From Gemmatimonadota bacterium (GTDB taxonomy: Bacteria; Gemmatimonadota; Gemmatimonadetes; Gemmatimonadales; GWC2-71-9): a stretch of DNA of 64,000 nucleotides. Of the stretch, positions 29,776-39,749 are shown piece after piece. Numbering within the stretch: the stretch's first letter is position 1; every line of letters begins with the position of its first letter. The notes below the pieces were generated by a model. That model was given only the letters and a program-made list of their open reading frames with translations. It had not been told where the DNA came from and did no database searches. The DNA lies in assembly GCA_039591655.1 (NCBI GenBank), contig JBDHDE010000006.1, forward strand, positions 1 through 64,000, read 5' to 3'. A program made the translations under genes and the position numbers.

Positions 29776-30869
29776 GAAAATGGCGGCTGCCGCGGCGGCG
29801 GGCCGTCATTCTATCCGTGCTCATCGCGGGTGGCGCCGCTGTGCTCGCGTTCGGGGCGGCCGTCGTGCTCAGCGCCGACGTGCGGTTCATTCTGCGGGGG
29901 GCTTACGAGGAATCCCGCATCCTGTTGGGGCGGCGCTCCCTGGAGGAGCTGATCGCGGATTCCGCCACGTCCGAGGGGCGCCGCGCACAGTTCGAGCTGG
30001 TGCTGGCCGCCCGCCACTACGCCGCAGACTCCCTCGATCTCGAGGCCAAGGAGACCTACACCACGTTCACAGACATCGGGCGCGACACGCTGCTCCTGGT
30101 GCTCACAGCTAGCCCGCGGCACGAGTTCGCCGCCTACACCTGGCGCTATCCCATCGTGGGGACCGTGCCGTACAAGGGCTTCTTCGACTTGGACGGCGCC
30201 CGAGCGGAAGCCCGCCGGCTCGAGGAGCAGGGCTACGACGTGCACCTGCGGCCCGCGCCGGCGTTCTCCACCCTGGGCTGGTTCAACGATCCGCTGCTCT
30301 CCACGGCGCTGAGCGAGGATCCTGTCCTGCTAGCGAACCTCGTGTTCCACGAGATCGCCCACAACACGCTGTACGTCGCCGGCGCCACGCCGTTCGACGA
30401 GAGCTTCGCTCTGTTCGTGGGCTATCGGGCGGCCGAGGCGTTCTTCGCAGGCCGGGGGGACAGCGTGAACGCCCGGCGGGCGGCGGCGATCTGGCGGGAC
30501 CAGCGGCGGCTCGGCGCGTTCTACCGCGAATTGGTGGACGAGCTGGAAGCGCTGTACGAGGAGGGGCTTCCCCTCGAAGAGGTGCTGCAGCGGCGTGAGG
30601 TGATCTTCCAGGCGGCCCGGGAGCGGCTCCGGGGTGCGCTGGGGAGGGAGCTCGAGGCCTACCGGGGCGAGAGCCTTGCCCGGCGACAACTCAACAACGC
30701 CTCGTTGTTGGGTCAGCGCATCTACCGCTCGCAGCTCGCCCTGTTCGACAGCTTGCTCGTGCTCCAAGGGGGCGACGTGAAGCAGGCCGTGGCGGTGCTC
30801 GAGGAGGCGGTGGCCGTGCGGGAGGACGTCGAGCCGTTCGAGGTGCTGGCGGCGCTGGTGGGGGGCTGA
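29772..30869 (+). CDS. Putative zinc aminopeptidase (DUF2265-like)
   Basis: YTWRYPIVGTVPYKGFF, AFSTLGWFNDP, FHEIAH, FDESFA, LNNA. Confidence 0.85.
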   Translation: MRKWRLPRRRAVILSVLIAGGAAVLAFGAAVVLSADVRFILRGAYEESRILLGRRSLEELIADSATSEGRRAQFELVLAARHYAADSLDLEAKETYTTFTDIGRDTLLLVLTASPRHEFAAYTWRYPIVGTVPYKGFFDLDGARAEARRLEEQGYDVHLRPAPAFSTLGWFNDPLLSTALSEDPVLLANLVFHEIAHNTLYVAGATPFDESFALFVGYRAAEAFFAGRGDSVNARRAAAIWRDQRRLGAFYRELVDELEALYEEGLPLEEVLQRREVIFQAARERLRGALGRELEAYRGESLARRQLNNASLLGQRIYRSQLALFDSLLVLQGGDVKQAVAVLEEAVAVREDVEPFEVLAALVGG

Positions 30870-31031
30870 GCATCGCGCGACGTCGCCCGTCGCTCCCGGC
30901 GGGTATATTTGTGAGTGCGGTCCGTTCGGGACAGACTGCACTGGAGGATGGGAGGATGCCGCGGTTGATTGCTCGACCCGCCGACGTGTGTCCTGAGGCG
31001 ATCCACGGACAACCGAAGGAACGAACACACC

Positions 31032-32393
31032 ATGTCTGATCTCCGATCCTACGTCGCGACACATCGCGACCGCATGATGGAGGAGCTCAAGGAGCTGCTC
31101 CGGATTCCCAGCATCTCCACTCTGCCGGAGAATGCGGACGACTGCCGCCGGGCGGCCGACTGGGTGGCTGACCACCTGCGGGGGCTGGGTTGCCCCAAGG
31201 TGGACCTCCTGGGCAGCGAGACGCATCCGGTGGTCGTGGCCGAGGGGCCGGCGGTCCCGGGCAAGCCCACGGTGCTCGCCTACGGGCACTACGACGTGCA
31301 GCCCCCCGATCCGCTGGACGAATGGGACACGGGGCCCTTCGAGCCGACGATCCGCGACGGCAGCCTGTACGGCCGCGGCACCACCGACGACAAGGGCCAG
31401 ATGTTCTCCATCGTAAAGGCGTTCGAGGCGGTGAGCCGTGGCGGGACGCCGCCGGTCAACGTCCGCTTCATCATCGAAGGTCAGGAGGAGACCGGCAGCG
31501 ACGTGCTGACGAAGGTCCTGGCCGAGCAGCCCGAGTTGGTGCAGGGCGACGCCGTGCTGGTGGCCGATACGCAGTACTACGCTCCCGGCATCCCGGCCAT
31601 CGAGGTAGGCCTCCGCGGCCTATGCTACGGCGAGATCACGGTGCGCACCCTCAAGAGCGATCTGCACTCGGGGCTCTACGGGGGCGCGGCGCCCAACGCG
31701 CACGAGGCCCTGGTGCATCTGCTGGCCAAACTCAAGGGCGAGAACGGGCGCATCAAGATCCCCGGACTGTACGAGGCGGTGCAGCGTCCCACGAAGGCGG
31801 AGCGGGACGCCTGGGGGAAGCTCCCCTTCTCCGAGCGGAAGTTCATGCGTGAGGAGACGGGCTCCAAGGCGCTCACCGGCCTCACGCGATACTCCATCTT
31901 CGAGCGGCTCTGGGCGCTCCCCACGCTCGAGATCCACGGGATCATGGGTGGCTTCACCGAAGTCGGTGCCAAGACGGTGATCCCTGCGGTCGCGACGGCC
32001 AAAGTGAGCCTGCGGCTGGTGCCCAACCAGAAGCACAAGACCGTCGAGAAGCAGCTGGTGCGGGCTGTGAAGCAGCTGGCGCCCAAGCACGCCGACGTGT
32101 CGTTCTCGTTCATCCACGGCGCCGACCCGGTGCTGGTGAACATCGACACCAAGCCGTTCAGCCTCATCGACCAGGCGTTCAAGGAGGTCGAGGGGCGCAA
32201 CGTCGTGCTGACGCGCTCCGGCGGCTCGATTCCCATCGTGCCGGAGCTGGGGAAGGAAGGGGCGCCGGTGCTGCTGGCCGGCTTCGGGCTACCCGACGAT
32301 CGGCTCCACGCGCCCAACGAGAAGCTGGGGGTGGAGCAGTTCTACAAGGGAGCGCAGGTGTTCGGGCGGTTCATGGAGCTGATGGGGGAGTAG
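31032..32393 (+). CDS. M20-family dipeptidase
   Basis: YGHYDVQP, YGRGTTDDKGQ, EGQEETGS, DLHSG.YGG, GGSIP, HAPNEK. Confidence 0.92.
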   Translation: MSDLRSYVATHRDRMMEELKELLRIPSISTLPENADDCRRAADWVADHLRGLGCPKVDLLGSETHPVVVAEGPAVPGKPTVLAYGHYDVQPPDPLDEWDTGPFEPTIRDGSLYGRGTTDDKGQMFSIVKAFEAVSRGGTPPVNVRFIIEGQEETGSDVLTKVLAEQPELVQGDAVLVADTQYYAPGIPAIEVGLRGLCYGEITVRTLKSDLHSGLYGGAAPNAHEALVHLLAKLKGENGRIKIPGLYEAVQRPTKAERDAWGKLPFSERKFMREETGSKALTGLTRYSIFERLWALPTLEIHGIMGGFTEVGAKTVIPAVATAKVSLRLVPNQKHKTVEKQLVRAVKQLAPKHADVSFSFIHGADPVLVNIDTKPFSLIDQAFKEVEGRNVVLTRSGGSIPIVPELGKEGAPVLLAGFGLPDDRLHAPNEKLGVEQFYKGAQVFGRFMELMGE

Positions 32394-32406
32394 AGCGGGG
32401 TAAGCG

Positions 32407-33309
32407 TCAGGCATGCTTGATGAAGCTGCCGTCGCGCAGCTCGGCGTAGGCCTGCCGCAGCTGCTCCTCGGTATTCATCACGATGGGGCCGTGCCAGGCG
32501 ACGGGCTCCTCGATGGGTTTTCCCGACACGAGCAGGAACCTGATGCCGGCCTCTCCCGCCTGCACCCGCACCTCGTCCCCGCGGTCGAACAGCACGAGGG
32601 AGCGGTTCCCCGTCTCCTGCGCCGCCTCCGTGATCGGACCGACTCGCTCCGTGTGCACGTCGCGCGGCTCTGAGGCGTCGCGGAACGAACCGGCGCCCTC
32701 GAACACGTAGGCGAACGCGTGTCGGGACGTCTCGACGGGTAGCGTCTTGCGCTGACCCGGCGGGACCCACACGTCGAGATAGCGCGGCTCCGCCGCGATC
32801 CCGTCCACCGGACCGGCCTCCCCCCAGAAGCTCCCGCAGATGACTCGGACCTGGGTGCCGTCGTCGTCGGTCACCTCGGGAATGTCGCGGGCCGCCACGT
32901 CCTGGTACCGCGGGGCCGTCATCTTGAGCGACGACGGGAGGTTCGCCCACAGCTGGAAACCGTGCATCCGCCCCTGTGGGTCGCCCTGAGGCATCTCCTG
33001 ATGGATGATCCCGCTCCCCGCCGTCATCCACTGCACGTCGCCGGCCCCCAGCGTGCCGTCGTTGCCCAGACTGTCGCCGTGGCTGACGGTGCCCGACAGG
33101 ACGTAGGTGATGGTCTCGATGCCCCGATGCGGATGCCACGGGAACCCGGCGAGGTAGTCGTCGGGATTCTCGTTGCGGAAGTCGTCGAGCAACAGGAACG
33201 GATCGAAGTCGCCGGTGTTGCCGAACCCGAACGCCCGACGCAACCGCACGCCCGCGCCTTCGATAGTGGGCTGCGCCTCAACAATGCGCTTGATCGGTCG
33301 GATCGACAT
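32407..33309 (-). CDS. Pirin-family protein
   Basis: DPFLLLD, GFPWHPHRGIETITY, VQWMTAGSGIIHQE, FQLWANLP, GPIVMNT. Confidence 0.95.
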   Translation of the reverse strand: MSIRPIKRIVEAQPTIEGAGVRLRRAFGFGNTGDFDPFLLLDDFRNENPDDYLAGFPWHPHRGIETITYVLSGTVSHGDSLGNDGTLGAGDVQWMTAGSGIIHQEMPQGDPQGRMHGFQLWANLPSSLKMTAPRYQDVAARDIPEVTDDDGTQVRVICGSFWGEAGPVDGIAAEPRYLDVWVPPGQRKTLPVETSRHAFAYVFEGAGSFRDASEPRDVHTERVGPITEAAQETGNRSLVLFDRGDEVRVQAGEAGIRFLLVSGKPIEEPVAWHGPIVMNTEEQLRQAYAELRDGSFIKHA

Positions 33310-33486
33310 GGCTCCTCCTCGGGTCGTGCCTGACACGCCGTGCACGGGGAACATATCGACTGCCTGCCGGGTTCCCCAACAGCCTATCGCCCGCCCCCTC
33401 CGGCAGGCGAGATTCGGTTCTCAGTAGGGCTCTCCAAATGGCCACCCCGGCCTGCCCCCCGGACTCTTCGACCCTGGAGGTGACGC

Positions 33487-33924
33487 GTGATCCGGGACTT
33501 CGATCAGCGTTTCCGCTCCTTTGCCCACGCAGCCCTGCGGATCGCAGTGGGGCTGGCGTTCTTCTCCCACGGCGCCCAGAAGACCCTCGGGTGGTTCGGC
33601 GGGTTCGGGTCCGATGGCGGCACGGCGGATCTCATGACCCGCTTCGGGGCGGCGGGCGTGATCGAGACGGTGGCGGGCCTGTGCATCGTGGTCGGCCTGT
33701 TCACGCGGCCCATGGCGCTGATCGCCTCGGGCGAGATGGCGGTCGCCTACTTCTGGATGCATTGGGGGCGGACCAGTGAGATGTGGTGGTGGCAGAACCG
33801 CGGCGAGCTGGTGCTGATCTACTCTTTCGTGTGGCTGCTGTTCGCCGCGTGGGGCGCCGGTGAGTTCAGCGTGGATGGTTGGCTGCGGAGGCGGCGCCGC
33901 GCAGGGGAGGCCGCGCCCAGCTAA
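33487..33924 (+). CDS. DoxX-family membrane protein
   Basis: LRIAVG..HGAQK, GLFTR, GAGEFSVD; SD GGAGGT. Confidence 0.9.
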   Translation: MIRDFDQRFRSFAHAALRIAVGLAFFSHGAQKTLGWFGGFGSDGGTADLMTRFGAAGVIETVAGLCIVVGLFTRPMALIASGEMAVAYFWMHWGRTSEMWWWQNRGELVLIYSFVWLLFAAWGAGEFSVDGWLRRRRRAGEAAPS

Positions 33925-34007
33925 GAGAGTCGAAAGAGCACCGTGGCTCTCCGGGGTGCGTTACCGCCCCAGGCGGGCGGGCATTACAGCGGTGCTTCCG
34001 CCTGTGT

Positions 34008-34712
34008 CTACCCGGCCGTCTGCCGATCCCTCGACAGCGCCTCCAGCGGCACCGCCCGCGGCTCCTGCCCGAACGTCTCCGCGAACCCCAGCACCACGGC
34101 GTCCGCCGCCCGCGCCCACACGTCCCGCGGTGCGCGCTCGGCGAGCTCCTTGGCGACGCTGGTCATCTGCACGCCCTGAATGCCGCAGGGGACGATTAGG
34201 TCGAAGTAGGAGAGATCCGTGGTGACGTTCAGTGCGAAGCCGTGCCACGTCACCCACTGCTTCACGTGGATGCCGATGCTGGCGATCTTGCGTCCCCCGG
34301 TCCAGACGCCGGTGTAGCCCTCGGTGCGGTCGCCGGGAATCCCGAACGACGACAGCGCCTCGATGAGAGCGGCCTCCAGCTGCCGCAGGAACCAGTGCAG
34401 GTCCTGCTTGTGCTCCGTGAGGTCGTAGATGGGGTACCCCACCAGCTGCCCCGGCCCGTGAAACGTGACGTCGCCGCCCCGTTCGATCTCGAACAGCTCG
34501 ACACCCCTTGCCTCGAGGGCCTCACGTGATGCGGGGAGGCGCGCGTCCTGGGAAGACCGGCCCAGGGTGATCACCGGCGGATGCTCCACCAGCAGGAGCA
34601 GGTCGTGGGGGATCTCCCGGTCGATGCGCGCCTGGGCCAGCGCCCGCTGCCGCTCCAGGGCCTCGTGGTAGTCCATGCGGCCGAGGCCCACCACGCCGAG
34701 CTCGACGCTCAC
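34008..34712 (-). CDS. lipB: Lipoyl(octanoyl) transferase
   Basis: EHPPVITLG, RGGDVTFHGPGQLVGYPI, KIASIG, HGFALNV, IVPCGI. Confidence 0.95.
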   Translation of the reverse strand: MSVELGVVGLGRMDYHEALERQRALAQARIDREIPHDLLLLVEHPPVITLGRSSQDARLPASREALEARGVELFEIERGGDVTFHGPGQLVGYPIYDLTEHKQDLHWFLRQLEAALIEALSSFGIPGDRTEGYTGVWTGGRKIASIGIHVKQWVTWHGFALNVTTDLSYFDLIVPCGIQGVQMTSVAKELAERAPRDVWARAADAVVLGFAETFGQEPRAVPLEALSRDRQTAG

Positions 34713-35113
34713 GACGTCCCTGCCCGCCGGGCCCTGAGCAGCAGCCACACGTCGGCTGCCAGGAGCAGAGCCAGGTAGACCGCCAGCCCGCCGCCCCGCC
34801 ACACCATGTCTGCCGGCACTGCCAGCCCCGCCAGCATCAATGCGGCGAACACGGCGAGCACCGCCGTGAGGCCGCGGCGGAAATAGTCGGCAATGGGGCG
34901 GGAGAGGAGCCAGGCACAAACCACGGCTACCGCGATTCCTACGAACAGGCTGATGGGGATGAGGGAGTACGGGGCGTCCACTACCTCGGGCACGCCGCCC
35001 GCCATCATCCGGAACGCGATGAGCCCGACGGTGATGACGACGGCGCCGGTGACGGCCCCGGCGCCGAGACTCGCCAGGGCGGTGCCGACCGGATCGCTGG
35101 TTGCGGTGACCAC
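34709..35113 (-). CDS. Hypothetical 4-TM membrane protein
   Basis: Four hydrophobic segments; tightly coupled between lpdA and lipB. Confidence 0.65.
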   Translation of the reverse strand: MVTATSDPVGTALASLGAGAVTGAVVITVGLIAFRMMAGGVPEVVDAPYSLIPISLFVGIAVAVVCAWLLSRPIADYFRRGLTAVLAVFAALMLAGLAVPADMVWRGGGLAVYLALLLAADVWLLLRARRAGTS

Positions 35114-36508
35114 CTAGGTGTGGATGACCCGGCCCAGGGAGTCCAGGACCGCCTCGGCTACCGCTTCGGAGAGGGTCGGGTGAGCGTGGACCGCAAGGTC
35201 GACCTCCTCCACCGTGTACTCGTTCTCCCGCGCAACGGTCAGCTCGTGAATCAGCTCACTCGCATGGGACGCCACGATGTGCGCCCCGAGGATCTCACCG
35301 TAGCGCTTGTCCCGAATGATCTTCACGAACCCGTCGGTCTCCAGCGCTGCCCGGGCTCGCCCGTTGGCCGAGAGCGGGAACTTCCCCACCACGTAGTCCA
35401 GCTTCTGCTCGTTGCACTGCTCCTCGGTGAGACCGATGCTGGCCACCTCCGGGTGGCAATACGTCACGCTGGGCACGTTGTCGTAGCGGATCGGATGGGG
35501 CTTCTTGCCCGCGATGAGCTCGGCGACGAACACTCCCTCCCTGCTGCCCTTGTGGGCTAGCATTGGCGGGCCGGCGATGTCCCCGATGGCGTAGAGTCCG
35601 TCGGCCGCGGTCCTGAGGTTCTCGTCCACGGCAATGAACCCCTGGTCGTCGAGCTTCACCCCCGCCTCGTCCAGGCCGAGGTCCTCAGTGTTGAGGGCGC
35701 GCCCGGCGCCCATCAGCACCTTCTCCACCTCGAGCTTCTGGGTCTTACCCCCGGCCTCTACGTCCAACACCACCTTGTCGTCGCTCACCTTGGCGCCCTT
35801 CACCATGGCGCCGGGGAGCATCGTGATCTTCCGCTTCTTGAAGGTCCGAGCGATGGCAGCCGAGGACTCGGCGTCCTCCAAGGGGAGGATGCGCGGCAGG
35901 ACCTCGATGAGCGTCACGTCGGTGCCGAATGCATTGAAGATGTCGGCGAACTCGCAACCCACGGCGCCGGCGCCGATGATGGCCAGCGACTTGGGGGCCT
36001 TCTCCAGGAAGAGGGCCTCATCGGTTGAGATCACGCTGGTCTTGTTGATCTCGAGTCCCGCCTGGGGCAGTCCCTTCACTCGGGTGCCGGTGGCCAGGAC
36101 CACGGCCTTGGAGGCCGTATAGGTGTCCTTGCCGATCTTCACCTTCTTGCCGGCCTTGAGCGTGCCGCTGCCCTGCACGACGGTGACCTGATGCTTCTTC
36201 ATCAGGAACTCGACACCCTTCGAGTTCTGCTCGCTCACCTGACGGGAGTGCTTGATCGCCGCCCCGAAATCGAGGGATACTTCGCCCACGTTCACACCCA
36301 GTCGCTTGGCGTCGTGGCGCACGAGGTTGGCCACATACGCGCTGTGCAGCAGGGCCTTGCTGGGAATGCAGCCCACGTTGACGCACACCCCACCCATCTT
36401 CTCCCGCTCCACCACCGCGGTCTGGAGACCCAGCTGCGCGGCGCGAATGGCGCAGACGTAGCCGGCGGGCCCGCCGCCGAGAATGATCACGTCGAATGTC
36501 TTAGCCAC
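35114..36508 (-). CDS. lpdA: Dihydrolipoyl dehydrogenase
   Basis: GGGPAGY, GGVCVNVGCIPSK, GAGAVG, HAHPTLSE. Confidence 0.97.
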   Translation of the reverse strand: MAKTFDVIILGGGPAGYVCAIRAAQLGLQTAVVEREKMGGVCVNVGCIPSKALLHSAYVANLVRHDAKRLGVNVGEVSLDFGAAIKHSRQVSEQNSKGVEFLMKKHQVTVVQGSGTLKAGKKVKIGKDTYTASKAVVLATGTRVKGLPQAGLEINKTSVISTDEALFLEKAPKSLAIIGAGAVGCEFADIFNAFGTDVTLIEVLPRILPLEDAESSAAIARTFKKRKITMLPGAMVKGAKVSDDKVVLDVEAGGKTQKLEVEKVLMGAGRALNTEDLGLDEAGVKLDDQGFIAVDENLRTAADGLYAIGDIAGPPMLAHKGSREGVFVAELIAGKKPHPIRYDNVPSVTYCHPEVASIGLTEEQCNEQKLDYVVGKFPLSANGRARAALETDGFVKIIRDKRYGEILGAHIVASHASELIHELTVARENEYTVEEVDLAVHAHPTLSEAVAEAVLDSLGRVIHT

Positions 36509-36536
36509 GGGTCGTAGTCCTGTGGTCAGTAGGTGC

Positions 36537-37754
36537 TCAGTAGACGATCGCCAACGGGTTCTCCAGCATCTGCCGCACCGTCTGGAGGAACCGTGCCCCG
36601 GTGGCCCCGTCGATAACCCGGTGATCGCAGCTCATGGTGATGCGTAAGCGCTTCCCGATCATCAGCTCACCGTCATCGATCACGGGCTTCTCGGTGATGC
36701 TCCCGATGGCCAGCAGGCCGGCCTCGGGCGGGTTGATGACGCCGGTGAACTGATCGATGTCGAACATGCCGAGGTTGGAGACCGAGAACGTGCCGCCGGT
36801 GTACTCCTCCGGCATGAGCTTGCGCTCCCGCGCCTTCTCGGCCAGGGCCCGCGACTCGACGGCGATGTCGCGCAGCGACTTGAGATGGGCATTGCGGATC
36901 ACCGGTGTGATGAGCCCGTCGTCGACGGCCACCGCCACCGAGAGGTGGACCTCGTTGAAGTAGCGGACGGTTCCGTCCTGCCACCAGGCGTTGCACTCCG
37001 GGTGCTGCCTCAGCGCGGCCGCCGTCACCTTGAGGATGATGTCGTTGAACGAGATGCGGACTCCGTCCTCGTGGGCGTTCAACTCGTCGCGGGCATCGGC
37101 CGCCCAGTCCATGTCCACCTCGGTGGTGAGGAAGAAATGCGGCACGGGGCCGAGGGACTGGACCAGCCGCTTGGCGATGGCCTTGCGCATCTGGCTGAGC
37201 TCCACGTCCTCGTAGCCTCCCACCGGGAGTGGCGTCGCGGCCGCCGGAGCCTCCTCGAGATCCCGCGCCACGATCCGGCCGCCCGGTCCCGAGCCCTGTA
37301 CCCGGCCGATGTCGAGCCCCCGCTCGGTGGCCATGCGTCGCGCGAGCGGGGAGGCCTTGAACCGGTCTGCCGGCTTGGTTGGTGCAGCCGGCTCCGCGCC
37401 GCCCTCGGGGGTCGGCGCGGGTGCGGCGGCGGGAGCTCCCTTCTTCGCAGCTCTCGTCTTCGGCGCCTGCTGCTTGCCGTCGCCTGCATCGGCGATGAGC
37501 GCATCGATATCCTCGTCCGGCTCGGCGATCACGGCGACGATCCGTCCCACCTCGATGGTGGATCCCTCGGGGGCGAAGATCTTGCGCAGCACGCCGGCGC
37601 CTCGTGCTTGCAGCTCCATCACCGCCTTGTCGGTCTCGACCTCGGCGAGGATGTCCCCGTCGTTCACCCGGTCGCCTTCCTGTTTCTGCCAGGACAGGAC
37701 CTTGCCCTCCTCCATCGTGGGGGAGAGCGCTTCCATGAAGACTCTAGTTGCCAT
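36537..37754 (-). CDS. pdhC: Pyruvate dehydrogenase E2, dihydrolipoamide acetyltransferase
   Basis: Lipoyl motif EVETDKA, E3-binding ASPLARR..GSGPGGRI, catalytic DHRVIDG. Confidence 0.95.
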   Translation of the reverse strand: MATRVFMEALSPTMEEGKVLSWQKQEGDRVNDGDILAEVETDKAVMELQARGAGVLRKIFAPEGSTIEVGRIVAVIAEPDEDIDALIADAGDGKQQAPKTRAAKKGAPAAAPAPTPEGGAEPAAPTKPADRFKASPLARRMATERGLDIGRVQGSGPGGRIVARDLEEAPAAATPLPVGGYEDVELSQMRKAIAKRLVQSLGPVPHFFLTTEVDMDWAADARDELNAHEDGVRISFNDIILKVTAAALRQHPECNAWWQDGTVRYFNEVHLSVAVAVDDGLITPVIRNAHLKSLRDIAVESRALAEKARERKLMPEEYTGGTFSVSNLGMFDIDQFTGVINPPEAGLLAIGSITEKPVIDDGELMIGKRLRITMSCDHRVIDGATGARFLQTVRQMLENPLAIVY

Positions 37755-38733
37755 CGAGGTAGGTCACTTTCTTGACGGCCGCGATCACATCGTCGGGGCT
37801 CGGCTTGGCTGCTCGTTCGAGGACCTTGTTGTACGGCATCGGCACGTCGGCACTCGTCACCCGTAGCACGGGCGCGTCGAGCGCGTCGAACGCCTCGCGC
37901 TGGATGTCGTCCACCACCTGCGCGCCCACTCCGCAGAACGGCCAGCCCTCCTCCACGATCACGCAGCGGTGGGTCTTCTGCACGCTCCGGACGATGGCGG
38001 AAACGTCCAGCGGGCGGATCGTGCGCAAGTCCACGACCTCCGCATCGACGTCCAGCTCGGCGGCGAGCTGCTCGGCCGCCTTGTGTGCCACCCCCACCGT
38101 CTTGGAGTGGCAGATTATGGTCACGTCGGAGCCGTCCCGCTTCACGTCTGCCTTCCCCAGCGGCACCACGTATTCCTCGTCAGGGACCTCGCCCTTGGTG
38201 TTGTACAGCATCTCCCCCTCGAGGAACACGACGGGGTTGTCATCGCGGATTGCCGACTTGAGGAGGCCCTTCGCGTCGTGGGGGGTGGCCGGCGCCACGA
38301 CCTTGAGACCGGGGATGTGGGCATACCAGGACTCGAACGCCTGTGAGTGCTGCGCCGCCAACTGCAGCGCCGCCCCCCCAGGGCCACGAAACACGATGGG
38401 CATCGTTATCTGCCCGCCCGACATGTAGAGCAGCTTGGCTGCAGAGTTCACCACCTGGTCGATCGCGAGCAGCGCGAAGTTCCAGGTCATGAACTCGATC
38501 ACGGGCCTCAAGCCCACCATCGCCGCACCCACGCCGACCCCGGCGAATCCGTTCTCGGCGATAGGCGTATCCACCACCCGTCGCTCGCCGAACGCCTCCA
38601 ACAGCCCGCGGCTCACCTTGTAGGCGCCCTGATACACGCCTACCTCCTCGCCCATCAGGAAGACGTCGGGGTCGCGCTCCATCTCTTCTCGGAGCGCCTG
38701 GTTCAGGGCGTCGCGGCAGGTAATCGTCGGCAT
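37744..38733 (-). CDS. pdhB: Pyruvate dehydrogenase E1 beta
   Basis: MGEEVGVYQGAYKVS, DTPIAE, EFMTWNF, AQHSQ. Confidence 0.95.
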   Translation of the reverse strand: MPTITCRDALNQALREEMERDPDVFLMGEEVGVYQGAYKVSRGLLEAFGERRVVDTPIAENGFAGVGVGAAMVGLRPVIEFMTWNFALLAIDQVVNSAAKLLYMSGGQITMPIVFRGPGGAALQLAAQHSQAFESWYAHIPGLKVVAPATPHDAKGLLKSAIRDDNPVVFLEGEMLYNTKGEVPDEEYVVPLGKADVKRDGSDVTIICHSKTVGVAHKAAEQLAAELDVDAEVVDLRTIRPLDVSAIVRSVQKTHRCVIVEEGWPFCGVGAQVVDDIQREAFDALDAPVLRVTSADVPMPYNKVLERAAKPSPDDVIAAVKKVTYLDGN

Positions 38734-39731
38734 CAGTCGCGGTACACGTCGGTGAAGAGAGCGTCGGGCTCGGGATCGGGGCTCTCGTCGGCGAACGCCA
38801 CGGCGTCCTCGACCTCTTCCATCGCCCGTCGGTCCATTGCCGCGAACTCCTCGTCGTTCATGATCTCGTCGGCTGCGAGGCGCGCCTGGAGCTGCACGAT
38901 GGGATCCTTCTGCTTCTGCTCCTCGAGCTCCTCCTTCGTCCGGTAGTGCCCGTGGATGGGGTCGGCCATCGAGTGCCCCATGTAGCGATAGGTGCGCGCC
39001 TCGATGAGGGTCGGCGCCTGCTCCTCGCGGGCCCGCTCGACGGCCCGAGTCGTTGCCTCGTACACCGCCAGGACGTCCATCCCGTCGGCAATCTCCTCGG
39101 CCATGTTGTACGAGCAGGCACGCCGGTACACGTCCCATACAGCAGCCGCGCGCTCCAGCGCGGTGCCCATGCCGTAGCGGTTGTTCTCGCACACGAACAC
39201 CACCGGCAGCTCCCACAGCGCCGCCATGTTCAGTGTCTCGTGGAAGGCGCCGATGTTGACGGCCGCTTCGCCGAAGAAGCAGACGGCGACCTGATTGGTC
39301 TCCCGGTACTTGGCGGCGAACGCCGCGCCGGCTGCTAGCGGAAGATGGGCGCCGACGATCCCGTGACCACCCAGGAAATTCCGCTCCATGTCGAACAGGT
39401 GCATCGAGCCGCCCTTGCCCATGGAGCAGCCGTCCACCCGGCCGAACAACTCGGCCATCACGGTCCCCGGGCTGGTGCCCCGGAGGATGATGTGGGCATG
39501 TGACCGGTAGCTGGCGAAGACGTAGTCGTCGTCACGCAGGGCCGCGAGGGCGCCGACCGCCACCGCCTCCTGGCCGATATACAGGTGGCAGAAGCCGCCG
39601 ATCTTCCCCTGGGCGTAGGCCTCCCCCGCCTTCTCCTCGAAACGCCGCACCAGCAGCATCTGCCGCATGAGGTCGCGGTAGAACTCGGCGCGGGCCGGAT
39701 CGAGATGCATCTCCCTAATCGGTTGTGCCAC
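38733..39731 (-). CDS. pdhA: Pyruvate dehydrogenase E1 alpha
   Basis: GFCHLYIGQEA, GKGGSMH, FGEAA..N, ENNRYGMGT, TYRYMGHSMAD. Confidence 0.95.
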   Translation of the reverse strand: MAQPIREMHLDPARAEFYRDLMRQMLLVRRFEEKAGEAYAQGKIGGFCHLYIGQEAVAVGALAALRDDDYVFASYRSHAHIILRGTSPGTVMAELFGRVDGCSMGKGGSMHLFDMERNFLGGHGIVGAHLPLAAGAAFAAKYRETNQVAVCFFGEAAVNIGAFHETLNMAALWELPVVFVCENNRYGMGTALERAAAVWDVYRRACSYNMAEEIADGMDVLAVYEATTRAVERAREEQAPTLIEARTYRYMGHSMADPIHGHYRTKEELEEQKQKDPIVQLQARLAADEIMNDEEFAAMDRRAMEEVEDAVAFADESPDPEPDALFTDVYRD

Positions 39732-39749
39732 GTTGGTTCTCCGGGTGGG

